From IMG/VR virus record IMGVR_UViG_2563366946_000012: DNA of 37,467 nt; one strand, 5' to 3'. Position 1 is the first letter of the stretch; each line of letters begins with the position of its first letter. The notes under the pieces are model-generated. The model saw only the letters and a program-made list of their open reading frames with translations. It made no database searches and was not told where the DNA came from. Shown in pieces: positions 18,521 to 26,299 of this stretch. The stretch is from a virus (Duplodnaviria > Heunggongvirae > Uroviricota > Caudoviricetes). The position numbers and the translations under genes were made by a program.

Positions 18521-20115
18521 CAGAATCCCTCCAGCATACGGGCCGCCTGACGACGACAGCGTGAGCTTGCCTTCACCGGCCCTTTGTTAATTTCACGGCT
18601 GGCGAAATACGCCAGCGCCAGTGCGATGGCTGAATCCCCGTGGCGTTTACCACCGTCAGCCTTTGCTTTTGAGCGTTGCTCCGGCACGCGGGGGACACCG
18701 TTCACCACCTGAACGGCCCGCAGGTCATCCAGTGTGTCTTCATCCTTTGGTAAGTCCACCAGGTTACCGTCTTCCAGTGCAGCTTTGACCGGAGGCATAT
18801 GCTCCCGGTACCAGCCTTCAGTTGGCATCACCTGCTGAACCCGGCTGGAGCCGTAGCGCTGCATGGCGTATTCAGCCAGATAGGCACCATTACCACGGGC
18901 ATCAAACGCTGCACCCAGCAGACCGGGCAGGCCATCCATCAGATACCAGGTGATTTGCTCCTGCTGTCTGAACGGCACGTTACGCAGCTCCAGTACGAAT
19001 GGCACGCGTCGTACCAGGTTCTTCTCCTGCAGCAGGGGATAGTCCACCGACAAATCACCGCTACGGCCAAAGTCGCGCCCCAGGAAAGAGCGGGCATCAG
19101 CGGGGAGTGCCTCCAGCAAGGGTTTCAGATGCTCATCAAGCCAGTCCTGTGTCTCGTGGAAGCGAACCTCATCAGACAGCAGTTCATAACCTTCCTGACA
19201 GGTCAGACGCAATACCGGCGTATCAGCGGACATGCGGGACTCTATCAGGGCACGGGACAGCCAGGCGCCGCCACCGTTGGCCGGAATACAGTCAAGCTCT
19301 TCGGATGCGCCGGCAGCGTAGAATTTGTACACCGACGCCATCCAGGCCTGCTCGGATGCCTCTGACCATTCCTTCCCGGTGCGCAGACAAACGCGCCGGA
19401 ACAGCCCCTCAGATACGGCTTCCCGGAAAGTGATGCGATGTACGCTGCCTCCCTGACGTCCGGCACGGATATCCCCGATAAGCGTATTGAACGGATTGTC
19501 GTCACCGTCATGGGTGGAGATAACGCGTACCTTTCCCCCCCAGATAAGCATCGCCAGCGCCGCTTTCAACAGTTCGTCCAGTTGCTCATGGAACGCCGCT
19601 TCGTCGATAACAATAATACCCTGACGGCCACGCAGGTTAGACGGGCGGCTGGAGAGCGCAACAATACGAAAGCCGGAGTCAGGAAATTTGATGGTGTAAG
19701 TCTTGATGTGTTTGTCGTCGTCGTCCTCTTCCCAGAATCCTTCTTCAATTTCACTGGCCGCATAGTTGAATGCCCGTGCCCACATCGCACACGCCTGAAT
19801 GTATTCGACGGTCATGTCCTGGTTATAAGCGATGTAATACACATTCATCCCGCCTGCTGGCGCAGAAGAGGCGGCGGTCAGTACGTTATCGGATGCCTCA
19901 GCCCATGTAATACCGGTACGACGGCTCTTTTCTATCACCTTAAGCGGAGAGGTGTCTGCCACCCAGCGCTGCTGGTAAGGCAACAGAACGGGAGGGGCAT
20001 CCAGCGCCGAGGTATCGGGCAAAACGGGAGCAAGGTTATTCCTCCCGTCCATGGGACTCATCCCTTCGGGGCCGCCGCCAGCGGCGTTTAAAATCACTCC
20101 GGATGATTTTGTCAT
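18520..20115 (-). CDS. Terminase large subunit (Mu gp28-like)
   Basis: 531-aa ORF with Walker-B-like GIIVIDEAAF and a C-terminal acidic nuclease-type motif (…HGDSAIALALAY…); ATGA overlap with the upstream gene. Confidence 0.85.
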   Translation of the reverse strand: MTKSSGVILNAAGGGPEGMSPMDGRNNLAPVLPDTSALDAPPVLLPYQQRWVADTSPLKVIEKSRRTGITWAEASDNVLTAASSAPAGGMNVYYIAYNQDMTVEYIQACAMWARAFNYAASEIEEGFWEEDDDDKHIKTYTIKFPDSGFRIVALSSRPSNLRGRQGIIVIDEAAFHEQLDELLKAALAMLIWGGKVRVISTHDGDDNPFNTLIGDIRAGRQGGSVHRITFREAVSEGLFRRVCLRTGKEWSEASEQAWMASVYKFYAAGASEELDCIPANGGGAWLSRALIESRMSADTPVLRLTCQEGYELLSDEVRFHETQDWLDEHLKPLLEALPADARSFLGRDFGRSGDLSVDYPLLQEKNLVRRVPFVLELRNVPFRQQEQITWYLMDGLPGLLGAAFDARGNGAYLAEYAMQRYGSSRVQQVMPTEGWYREHMPPVKAALEDGNLVDLPKDEDTLDDLRAVQVVNGVPRVPEQRSKAKADGGKRHGDSAIALALAYFASREINKGPVKASSRCRRQAARMLEGF

Positions 20116-20657
20116 GTGGCAATCCCCAGAATCTCGCGACGAAGCGCCTGTACTGCGTCGCTTGACAGTCCCCCCTTACGGGCAATTTTCTCGGCGTTGC
20201 TGGCTGCCTGCTGCGCTCTGGCCCGTACTTCAGACTGGAACTTTTTGAGGTTGACGGACGCGCGGGACAGCGTAGCCACATTCTTCGCCACCTTCGACAG
20301 CAGGGCCACGCGTTCTTTAGGATCGACTTCGCCTTCTTCCGCCTCCTGCAACTGGACAATACTCTCGAACAGCTCGGTCTGAATAAGGGCTATCACGGCC
20401 TCCGAACGCGCATCCTGATCGTCTGCTGCGCCTTCGGTCAGCATGCGGGCCGCTTCTGTTGCTGCGCGGATAGCACCATAGCGGCGCTCAATCTTCTGTC
20501 CATAGCGATGGATAGCGGATTTGCTGATGACGTACCCCCGCTCACGCAGCAGGGACTCCAGCTCGTTATACCCGCTGAAGCCGGATTCAGTGAGCGCCCG
20601 TTCAAGCCAGCGGCGCACGTCTTCCGGCAGCTTTTCTATTGTGCTGCGTCTGGCCAT
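20112..20657 (-). CDS. Mu gp27-like protein (putative terminase small subunit)
   Basis: 181-aa basic helical protein directly upstream of and coupled to the large terminase. Confidence 0.55.
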   Translation of the reverse strand: MARRSTIEKLPEDVRRWLERALTESGFSGYNELESLLRERGYVISKSAIHRYGQKIERRYGAIRAATEAARMLTEGAADDQDARSEAVIALIQTELFESIVQLQEAEEGEVDPKERVALLSKVAKNVATLSRASVNLKKFQSEVRARAQQAASNAEKIARKGGLSSDAVQALRREILGIAT

Positions 20658-20968
20658 TATTCACTCCAGTACTTTTCCGGGCGGGCAATACCCGGACCAC
20701 ATTCCACGGTGTATTCCACCAGGTCTACGCCGAGGCGGGTCAGGTCAGCAAACCAGTCGCCAGAAGGTTTTTTCTCCAGATCAACCATTTTACGGTCAGC
20801 CAGATAATCCAGTTCGCGGCGCAGTTCCAGCGGTGTGGTGTCCGGGTAGATGGCACGGGACACATCCAGCAGCAGCGTCTCGCTGGCGGTGTAAGGGCGG
20901 GTCTTGTTCAGGGCAACCAGCAGACTCCAGCGCAGGGATTCGCGGCGTACCCGGGTAATATCGACCAT
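20657..20968 (-). CDS. Hypothetical phage protein (Mu gp26 position)
   Basis: 103-aa ORF between the lysis cassette and terminase genes. Confidence 0.4.
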   Translation of the reverse strand: MVDITRVRRESLRWSLLVALNKTRPYTASETLLLDVSRAIYPDTTPLELRRELDYLADRKMVDLEKKPSGDWFADLTRLGVDLVEYTVECGPGIARPEKYWSE

Positions 20969-21294
20969 TATTGACCTCCGGTATTGCGGTACTGCTGTAC
21001 CACTTCCAGTTTGTTATAAAGCGCGTCCAGTTTGGCCTCAATGACTGTCTGGCCACGGATATAATCCTCTCGACGGACATAATTCAGCGGTAAATCCGCT
21101 TTAAATCGCATAAATTCTTTTTCCAGCTCGCCCCAGTTGGAGGCGGATTGTTGCAGGGCCTGTTCAAGGGAGGCGAATCGTGCCGCCTGGCGTTCTTCTG
21201 TTTTACTGAACAACCATTTGGCGAGCCCTCCCACAAACCCCATGAAGGTGAGCAGAAAACTCACTACCGTCCAGAATTCAACCTGCAGTGTCAT
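20968..21294 (-). CDS. Membrane-anchored coiled-coil protein (Mu gp25 position)
   Basis: 108-aa ORF with N-terminal hydrophobic helix (WTVVSFLLTFMGFVGGLAKWLF) followed by a helical domain. Confidence 0.4.
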   Translation of the reverse strand: MTLQVEFWTVVSFLLTFMGFVGGLAKWLFSKTEERQAARFASLEQALQQSASNWGELEKEFMRFKADLPLNYVRREDYIRGQTVIEAKLDALYNKLEVVQQYRNTGGQ

Positions 21295-21941
21295 TTCTGT
21301 AATCCTTCCCGTTCATCCAGCAGCGCGTTTATCTGGTTCCGCCAGCGACGACATTGCCATGCGTTGTCGATGATGTTGGCGAGAACGTCACGCTGGGAGA
21401 CACCCGAATCGCGTAACCGGGTGTCAGTGGTTTCAGGTTGCCCGGTCGCTGTGCCAGAGCGGGTGCCAGTGGCGGCAACTGAGTCTGAATGACCGGTGTC
21501 GACGGATGCGTTGTCATACCCGAGTGCGGCGTTGTACTGGCGCACGAAACCGCGAGTAAACACGCACTCAATGGGATGACTCTTACCTTTTTCATCAATC
21601 CAGCGCTGTGTGACATCGTTAATTTGCCCCTGTAGTTGTTTGTTCCGGCTCTCCAGTTGAGCAATCTGCTCAAGATAACCGGCTTCAGCCCGCTGCCCGG
21701 CGGCCACCTGCTCCTGATACCGTCTGGCCCAGGCCCGCAGCGCAGCATTCTCAAGCGTTGCCTGCTCCGTTTTGTACGCGTCAAATGCTGACTGCAACTG
21801 ACTGAGCGCGGTATCACCGTCACGCTTTGCAGAGTCATGACCACTTCTGTATCCCATGGCATACAGGCCGACCAGAAAGGCATTGATAAGAATGGCCAGC
21901 AGAATGCCGCGCCACGGCAGCTTTTTAACCAGATGCCACAC
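21291..21941 (-). CDS. Inner-membrane spanin (Rz-like i-spanin)
   Basis: N-terminal TM segment (LPWRGILLAILINAFLVGLYAMGY) followed by a long coiled-coil periplasmic domain; directly downstream of the endolysin. Probable GTG start near 21941 rather than the ATG at 22043, which lies inside the endolysin gene. Confidence 0.5.
   Translation of the reverse strand: MWHLVKKLPWRGILLAILINAFLVGLYAMGYRSGHDSAKRDGDTALSQLQSAFDAYKTEQATLENAALRAWARRYQEQVAAGQRAEAGYLEQIAQLESRNKQLQGQINDVTQRWIDEKGKSHPIECVFTRGFVRQYNAALGYDNASVDTGHSDSVAATGTRSGTATGQPETTDTRLRDSGVSQRDVLANIIDNAWQCRRWRNQINALLDEREGLQK
21329..21595 (-). CDS. Outer-membrane spanin (Rz1-like lipoprotein) embedded in the +1 frame of the i-spanin gene
   Basis: Internal ATG in the 209-aa track ORF gives MKKVRVIPLSACLLAVSC… (lipoprotein-type signal with lipobox-like LAVSC) followed by a Pro-rich mature region (TPHSGMTTHPSTPVIQTQLPPLAPALAQRPGNLKPLTPG…). 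Confidence 0.45.
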   Translation of the reverse strand: MKKVRVIPLSACLLAVSCASTTPHSGMTTHPSTPVIQTQLPPLAPALAQRPGNLKPLTPGYAIRVSPSVTFSPTSSTTHGNVVAGGTR

Positions 21942-22659
21942 AACTGCTGCCTCCCCATGTGAGATATCGTGGTGCCAGTTCGCGCAGGATGCGCTGCGGA
22001 TAATGGCGGTTCTCCCGCCAGCTGGCCGCATTGCGTCCGGCATTCACCGTGGCGACATGTCCGAACCAGCGGGTGCTGTCCAGACCTTTCTGTGATGCAA
22101 GCCGCCTGTCCCGTTGTACCCAGCCCAGACCACCGTTATAGCCCGACAGTGTCATGGCCATACGCTCGCAGTCGTTGGCGGCGCTGACGCGCTGCCACAG
22201 CCAGCGGTCATAGCTGACCAGCGCCCGGATAGCCCATGCCGGATTAAACGGCTCACGACTGCTCAGCATCGGTATCAACTGGCTTATCCAGTCGGCAGTG
22301 GCAGGCATGAACTGCGCCAGTCCCTGAGCGCCAGCCGGCGAGACCGCATCAGGTCGCCAGCCGCTTTCCTGATGCAGTTGCGCGGCGAAATCGGCCACCG
22401 GCGCAGACAGTCCCCATTCAAGCCGGGCATTACGGATCACATCATCGCGATACTGCAGCGCAGCCTGCGGGGGCTGCGCTGCGCATGCCTGGCTGAAAAA
22501 GCCGCCACACCAGAGCAGCCAGACAATCACCAGGTTGCCAGCAAGCTGCCACCAGAAGCTGTATTTATCGTTACGTGGTTCTCCGTGTCTGATGGCGGTT
22601 ACGCCCAGACCAAAGGCGAACAGAATAATGAGGGTGATTTGAGGCCAGTTCATGGTCAC
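21925..22659 (-). CDS. Endolysin, soluble lytic transglycosylase (SLT) domain with N-terminal signal-anchor (SAR-type)
   Basis: Contains …QLHQESGWRPDAVSPAGAQGLAQFMP…, the catalytic-Glu block of SLT domains; N-terminal hydrophobic segment WPQITLIILFAFGLGVTAI. Confidence 0.8.
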   Translation of the reverse strand: MTMNWPQITLIILFAFGLGVTAIRHGEPRNDKYSFWWQLAGNLVIVWLLWCGGFFSQACAAQPPQAALQYRDDVIRNARLEWGLSAPVADFAAQLHQESGWRPDAVSPAGAQGLAQFMPATADWISQLIPMLSSREPFNPAWAIRALVSYDRWLWQRVSAANDCERMAMTLSGYNGGLGWVQRDRRLASQKGLDSTRWFGHVATVNAGRNAASWRENRHYPQRILRELAPRYLTWGGSSCVASG

Positions 22660-23039
22660 AGTCCTGTTGCCACAGCCAGACAGACCGCTGCAACAATCAG
22701 TGCACGGCGGATTAACGCAGCAGAAAATACAAGGTGAAGGCCGGTCTGCACAGGGAAACGCCCTTCAGCCATCAGCCTGTCTTCATGTTTCAGGTACTGA
22801 CCGGGACGGGCTTTGGGGAAGAGCGAACGGTCAAGCCAGTAACCCAGCACTGCTGCCAGCGTGATAAGTGCCAGCTTGTAGATCACAACAGGCAACTGCT
22901 GTGGCGAGACCAGAGCGATGATGCCCAGCAACAGCACTGAGGTCAGCAGCCAGCCGCTGAGGCGAGGTTTTTTAACAGGGGGAATGAATTTTTTCAGGTT
23001 TTTCATGTGTGTCTCCTCGTTTGGTGGAGACAGCATCAC
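22656..23039 (-). CDS. Putative holin/pinholin (first gene of the late operon)
   Basis: 127-aa ORF (GTG start in track; internal ATG giving MKNLKKF… near 23006) with 2-3 predicted TM helices, overlapping the endolysin start. Confidence 0.5.
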   Translation of the reverse strand: MMLSPPNEETHMKNLKKFIPPVKKPRLSGWLLTSVLLLGIIALVSPQQLPVVIYKLALITLAAVLGYWLDRSLFPKARPGQYLKHEDRLMAEGRFPVQTGLHLVFSAALIRRALIVAAVCLAVATGL

Positions 23040-23120
23040 AAATGTGGCGGGATACGGATTTTAAACAGCGTTAATAGTGAAGATGTAAACGTGCACTGCA
23101 TGATGACTTTGAAAGAACGA

Positions 23121-23148
23121 CCAGCCCGGTACCCGAACACCGGGCTGG
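23121..23148. promoter_or_regulatory. Perfect 10-bp inverted repeat with 8-nt loop upstream of the late operon (activator site or minus-strand terminator/insulator)
   Basis: ccagcccggt-acccgaac-accgggctgg read directly from the sequence, about 85-130 bp upstream of the holin start. Confidence 0.4.
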
Positions 23149-23194
23149 CCATCGCCCCACAGGAATGCGCTGTGAGCCGACCGAGGTTCAGTCA

Positions 23195-23234
23195 GTCTCG
23201 CGAGACCAGACTAGCCTGCCATATTTTTTATAAT
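23195..23234 (+). promoter_or_regulatory. Methyltransferase promoter region: 12-bp palindrome GTCTCGCGAGAC and consensus -10 hexamer TATAAT
   Basis: Palindrome at about 23195-23206; TATAAT at about 23229-23234, about 20 bp upstream of the ATG at 23254. Confidence 0.45.
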
Positions 23235-23253
23235 TGTAAAAGGCTTACAGATT

Positions 23254-24024
23254 ATGAAAATGCAGACATTACCCATCGTTCCATGGATTGGTGGCAAACG
23301 CCGCCTTGCAAAACACATCCTGCCGTTGTTTCCGGCGCATGAATGTTATGTGGAGCCGTTTTGTGGGGCAGCAGCGCTCTATTTTCTTAAGGTACCCGGC
23401 AAGATCGAAGTCATTAATGATATCAACGGTGAACTGGTGAACCTGTATCGGGTGGTAAAACATCATCTGGAAGAATTTGTACGCCAGTTCAAATGGGCGC
23501 TGGTCAGCCGGCAGATCTACAAATGGCTGCAGATCACCCCGGAAGAAACACTGACGGATATCCAGCGTGCAGCACGGTTCTACTACCTTCAGAAGCAGGC
23601 GTTTGGAGGCAAGGTGGCGGAGCACAGCTTTGGTACCTCCACCATATCCCCGCCACGCTTCAACCTGCTGCGTATTGAAGAAGAACTGTCAGCGGCACAC
23701 CTGCGGCTTTCCAGAACGGTCATAGAACACATGGACTGGCAACAATGCATAGAACGATATGATCGCCCGCATACGTTGTTCTACTGTGACCCTCCATACT
23801 GGGGAACGGAAGGTTATGGTGTGGAGTTCGGACTAGAAAATTATGATCATATGGCAGATTTAGCACGCAGGATCAAAGGGAAGATGATTATATCGGTGAA
23901 CGATATCCCGGAAATGCGGCAGGCATTCAACGGTCTAAATATTCAGTCGGTTGATATCAGCTACAACCTCAAGATCACTGGCAAATCCAGTCGCAAGAAG
24001 GAACTCATTATCCTCAACTTTTGA
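23254..24024 (+). CDS. Orphan DNA N6-adenine methyltransferase (Dam-like, alpha class)
   Basis: N-terminal AdoMet-binding block (VEPFCGAAALYF), C-terminal catalytic DPPY (FYCDPPYWGTEGYG), about 256 aa; no adjacent restriction endonuclease gene. Confidence 0.85.
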   Translation: MKMQTLPIVPWIGGKRRLAKHILPLFPAHECYVEPFCGAAALYFLKVPGKIEVINDINGELVNLYRVVKHHLEEFVRQFKWALVSRQIYKWLQITPEETLTDIQRAARFYYLQKQAFGGKVAEHSFGTSTISPPRFNLLRIEEELSAAHLRLSRTVIEHMDWQQCIERYDRPHTLFYCDPPYWGTEGYGVEFGLENYDHMADLARRIKGKMIISVNDIPEMRQAFNGLNIQSVDISYNLKITGKSSRKKELIILNF

Positions 24025-25219
24025 CCGAATAGTAAGACTTCATGCAGTGAATCAAGTACTGCATGAAGTCAAGGGCTGGTTTTGTGTACCAAAAATAAAC
24101 AGTGATAGCGGTAATAATTCCCATAACTAGAACACCACGTATAATCCAGAACGTACGTTTCTGCGTGTCTAGTCGCGCAGAAATACTGCTAAATACACCA
24201 GCCACGTCATCTTTAATGAAGGAATATTCCTTATTAATCTGTTTTTCTTTGTATTCAATTTCTTCGCCTAAGGCCTTTATAGATTGCATCTGGTTCGAAA
24301 GTGCCAGCCAGATTAACGTTGCAGCAAAAATGCATCCCAGAAGAATTATTGTGTTTGTTATCCCTTGGCCTGACCATTTCGTAGCCACTTTGAATTGGGT
24401 AGCTACGATAACAGAGGCAACAGGAATGCCAAGTATATGGTTCTGGATATCTGAAAACGCTTTGTGGATTTTACCCATTTCTTCGACTTTTGCAGCACGC
24501 AGTTGATCCATTACTTTGTCATAAGAGAATCCAGAAGAGTAGATACGATACCCTTTCAGAAACTTTTCATGCAGACGCTGAATATTGTCCAGTAAATAAG
24601 CGAATACTAGAGGTGAATCAATTCCATCACTAACTGCTTGGATACTTTCAATCAGAATATCTAGCTTCTGATCCTTATGGGTATCATCATTGAAACAAGC
24701 TATAAGGTTATCAAGATACTCTCTTTGCAAATTTTGTACATTTTCTGCAGCGAAGTGCGGTAATAGCTTGATAACTTCTTTTTTCAGAAAAACTAACTGA
24801 CAAGTTGAGTTATCAAAGTAGGCCGCGGCCTCTTTTAGCAGGTTAACGAACTCGAGAATCTTCCGGTAGTTGCTGATGAAAACGGGGATATCTTCATCAT
24901 CATTACGAAACTTTGTTTCTAGGATGAAGTAATTAGCTGGCTCAAGGCACTGATGCTTTGGAGCATTTAGCAATTTTTCATGGGTGGAAAACACAAGTCC
25001 CAGTCCACTCCGTGGTGACGTCACACGTAGGATGATCGTGTTACCTGGAGCGATAGTGCCTGTATCAATAGAAAGACCATATTCACGAGGATCATCAAGC
25101 AAAGTATCAACCAGATCACAATCGGACTGATCTAAGAGCAACAGCGAACCGACACGAAACCCCTCTTGGAATTCCATACGACGATACAGAGCTGTCAGCA
25201 TCTCAAATGAAATCGCCAC
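24014..25219 (-). CDS. Cassette gene 2: protein with large cytoplasmic N-terminal domain and two C-terminal transmembrane helices (candidate effector)
   Basis: 401-aa ORF; hydrophobic helices near residues 295-320 (ITNTIILLGCIFAATLIWLALS) and 360-385 (FWIIRGVLVMGIITAITVYFWY). Start is 2 nt after the stop of the upstream gene; AT-rich by eye. Confidence 0.6.
   Translation of the reverse strand: MAISFEMLTALYRRMEFQEGFRVGSLLLLDQSDCDLVDTLLDDPREYGLSIDTGTIAPGNTIILRVTSPRSGLGLVFSTHEKLLNAPKHQCLEPANYFILETKFRNDDEDIPVFISNYRKILEFVNLLKEAAAYFDNSTCQLVFLKKEVIKLLPHFAAENVQNLQREYLDNLIACFNDDTHKDQKLDILIESIQAVSDGIDSPLVFAYLLDNIQRLHEKFLKGYRIYSSGFSYDKVMDQLRAAKVEEMGKIHKAFSDIQNHILGIPVASVIVATQFKVATKWSGQGITNTIILLGCIFAATLIWLALSNQMQSIKALGEEIEYKEKQINKEYSFIKDDVAGVFSSISARLDTQKRTFWIIRGVLVMGIITAITVYFWYTKPALDFMQYLIHCMKSYYSVKS
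24036..24087 (+). terminator. Rho-independent-type terminator hairpin downstream of the methyltransferase
   Basis: Perfect 13-bp inverted repeat gacttcatgcagt / actgcatgaagtc with 9-nt loop (about 24036-24070), followed by GGTTTTGTGT; overlaps the last codons of the convergent minus-strand membrane-protein gene. Confidence 0.5.
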
Positions 25220-25221
25220 GA

Positions 25222-26229
25222 TTAAACCTCAGTCATCCACATTTCCCTAAATTCTTCAGGTACATTACGTAGGGTGATAATATTTGTTTCCGGATCATAA
25301 TCAATATAGCCTTCAGTTTTCCCTTCCCGGTCAAACTTAAGTTCCCAATATTTAGACTTGCCTTTAAAAGATACCAGAGCCCGAATGACTCGACCATCAG
25401 GAACGAAGCCATCCGATAACTCCAACTCTTCAGCAGCAAGTTTACCAGATAACTCCTCGGGAGCCTGGGGCCAAATGGCATTAACAAGGGTTTCAAGACT
25501 AAGTGGTTCACCAGCCTTACTTAGTGCATGTAAGTGTTCAAACGCACTCTTAAGAAATGCATCTTTTTCAGCGCCGTCAAGTCCTTTCTCTGCCGCAAAT
25601 GCTTTTAAAACGTCACGTAACTTTTCAGACTCTCGTTTGGCGATTAAGACATCATTACAGCCGAGGAACTGTTTAAAATAGTTTGAAACATTACCTTGCC
25701 CCTTAAGAAAACTGATATAGCGCTCTGCGCCACTTTCCCACGCGGTTAAGTCAATGCGCCCAGCCATACGCAGCTTAGCAATATCAAGATAGGTACTATC
25801 TTGGATGTTAAAATCATCTGTGACAGTGGACCCAATGGTAGCGCTTACAATAGCTATCAACAGGTGTTCATTGTGTCCTATCACGATATTTGCAAAAAGA
25901 ACATAACCACCAGTAGCCATGTTTTCTCGCTGAGAACGTTCCGTCAGGTGATGCATCATTCGGCAGGAACTTTGGTAGAAATCATCAACACCTTCGAGAA
26001 AGTCCCCAGCCATTCGTTCCATAGGATAGTTATCCGTATCGCCTTCAAAATAGCCATAACCTTTACCTGTGCGTCCTGCATATTTTGCACAAATATCGTT
26101 TATAAGGCGCTGGGAGGCTTCAGTAACTAGACCTTCTTCAGGACTCAATCTCTCAGAAGCGTCTCCATTTTGTTGTTTGTCTAAAATGTGAACTACAACG
26201 TGTTTAACTTCAATGGTCTGCTCAGACAT
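25222..26229 (-). CDS. Cassette gene 1: YejK/NdpA-like (NA37 family) nucleoid-associated protein homolog
   Basis: 335-aa ORF with blocks recalled from E. coli YejK (…GGYVLFANIV…HLLIAIVS…YLDIAKLRMAGRIDLTAWESGAERYISFLKG…FKQFLG…). Good RBS (AAGGTGGA) before the ATG; begins 70 bp downstream of the repressor stop on the same strand. Confidence 0.55.
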   Translation of the reverse strand: MSEQTIEVKHVVVHILDKQQNGDASERLSPEEGLVTEASQRLINDICAKYAGRTGKGYGYFEGDTDNYPMERMAGDFLEGVDDFYQSSCRMMHHLTERSQRENMATGGYVLFANIVIGHNEHLLIAIVSATIGSTVTDDFNIQDSTYLDIAKLRMAGRIDLTAWESGAERYISFLKGQGNVSNYFKQFLGCNDVLIAKRESEKLRDVLKAFAAEKGLDGAEKDAFLKSAFEHLHALSKAGEPLSLETLVNAIWPQAPEELSGKLAAEELELSDGFVPDGRVIRALVSFKGKSKYWELKFDREGKTEGYIDYDPETNIITLRNVPEEFREMWMTEV

Positions 26230-26299
26230 TAGCTATCCACCTTATTTTTTATTGCTTAATGGCAAATAATTTCTGCTATATGTTCTCGTTAGGAACACA

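Noticed and set aside
21596-21958. N-terminal two-thirds of the 209-aa minus-strand ORF overlapping the i-spanin gene
   Set aside because: Only the C-terminal part from the internal ATG (lipoprotein signal plus Pro-rich region) has protein-like features; upstream residues are Arg/Cys-rich alternative-frame sequence.
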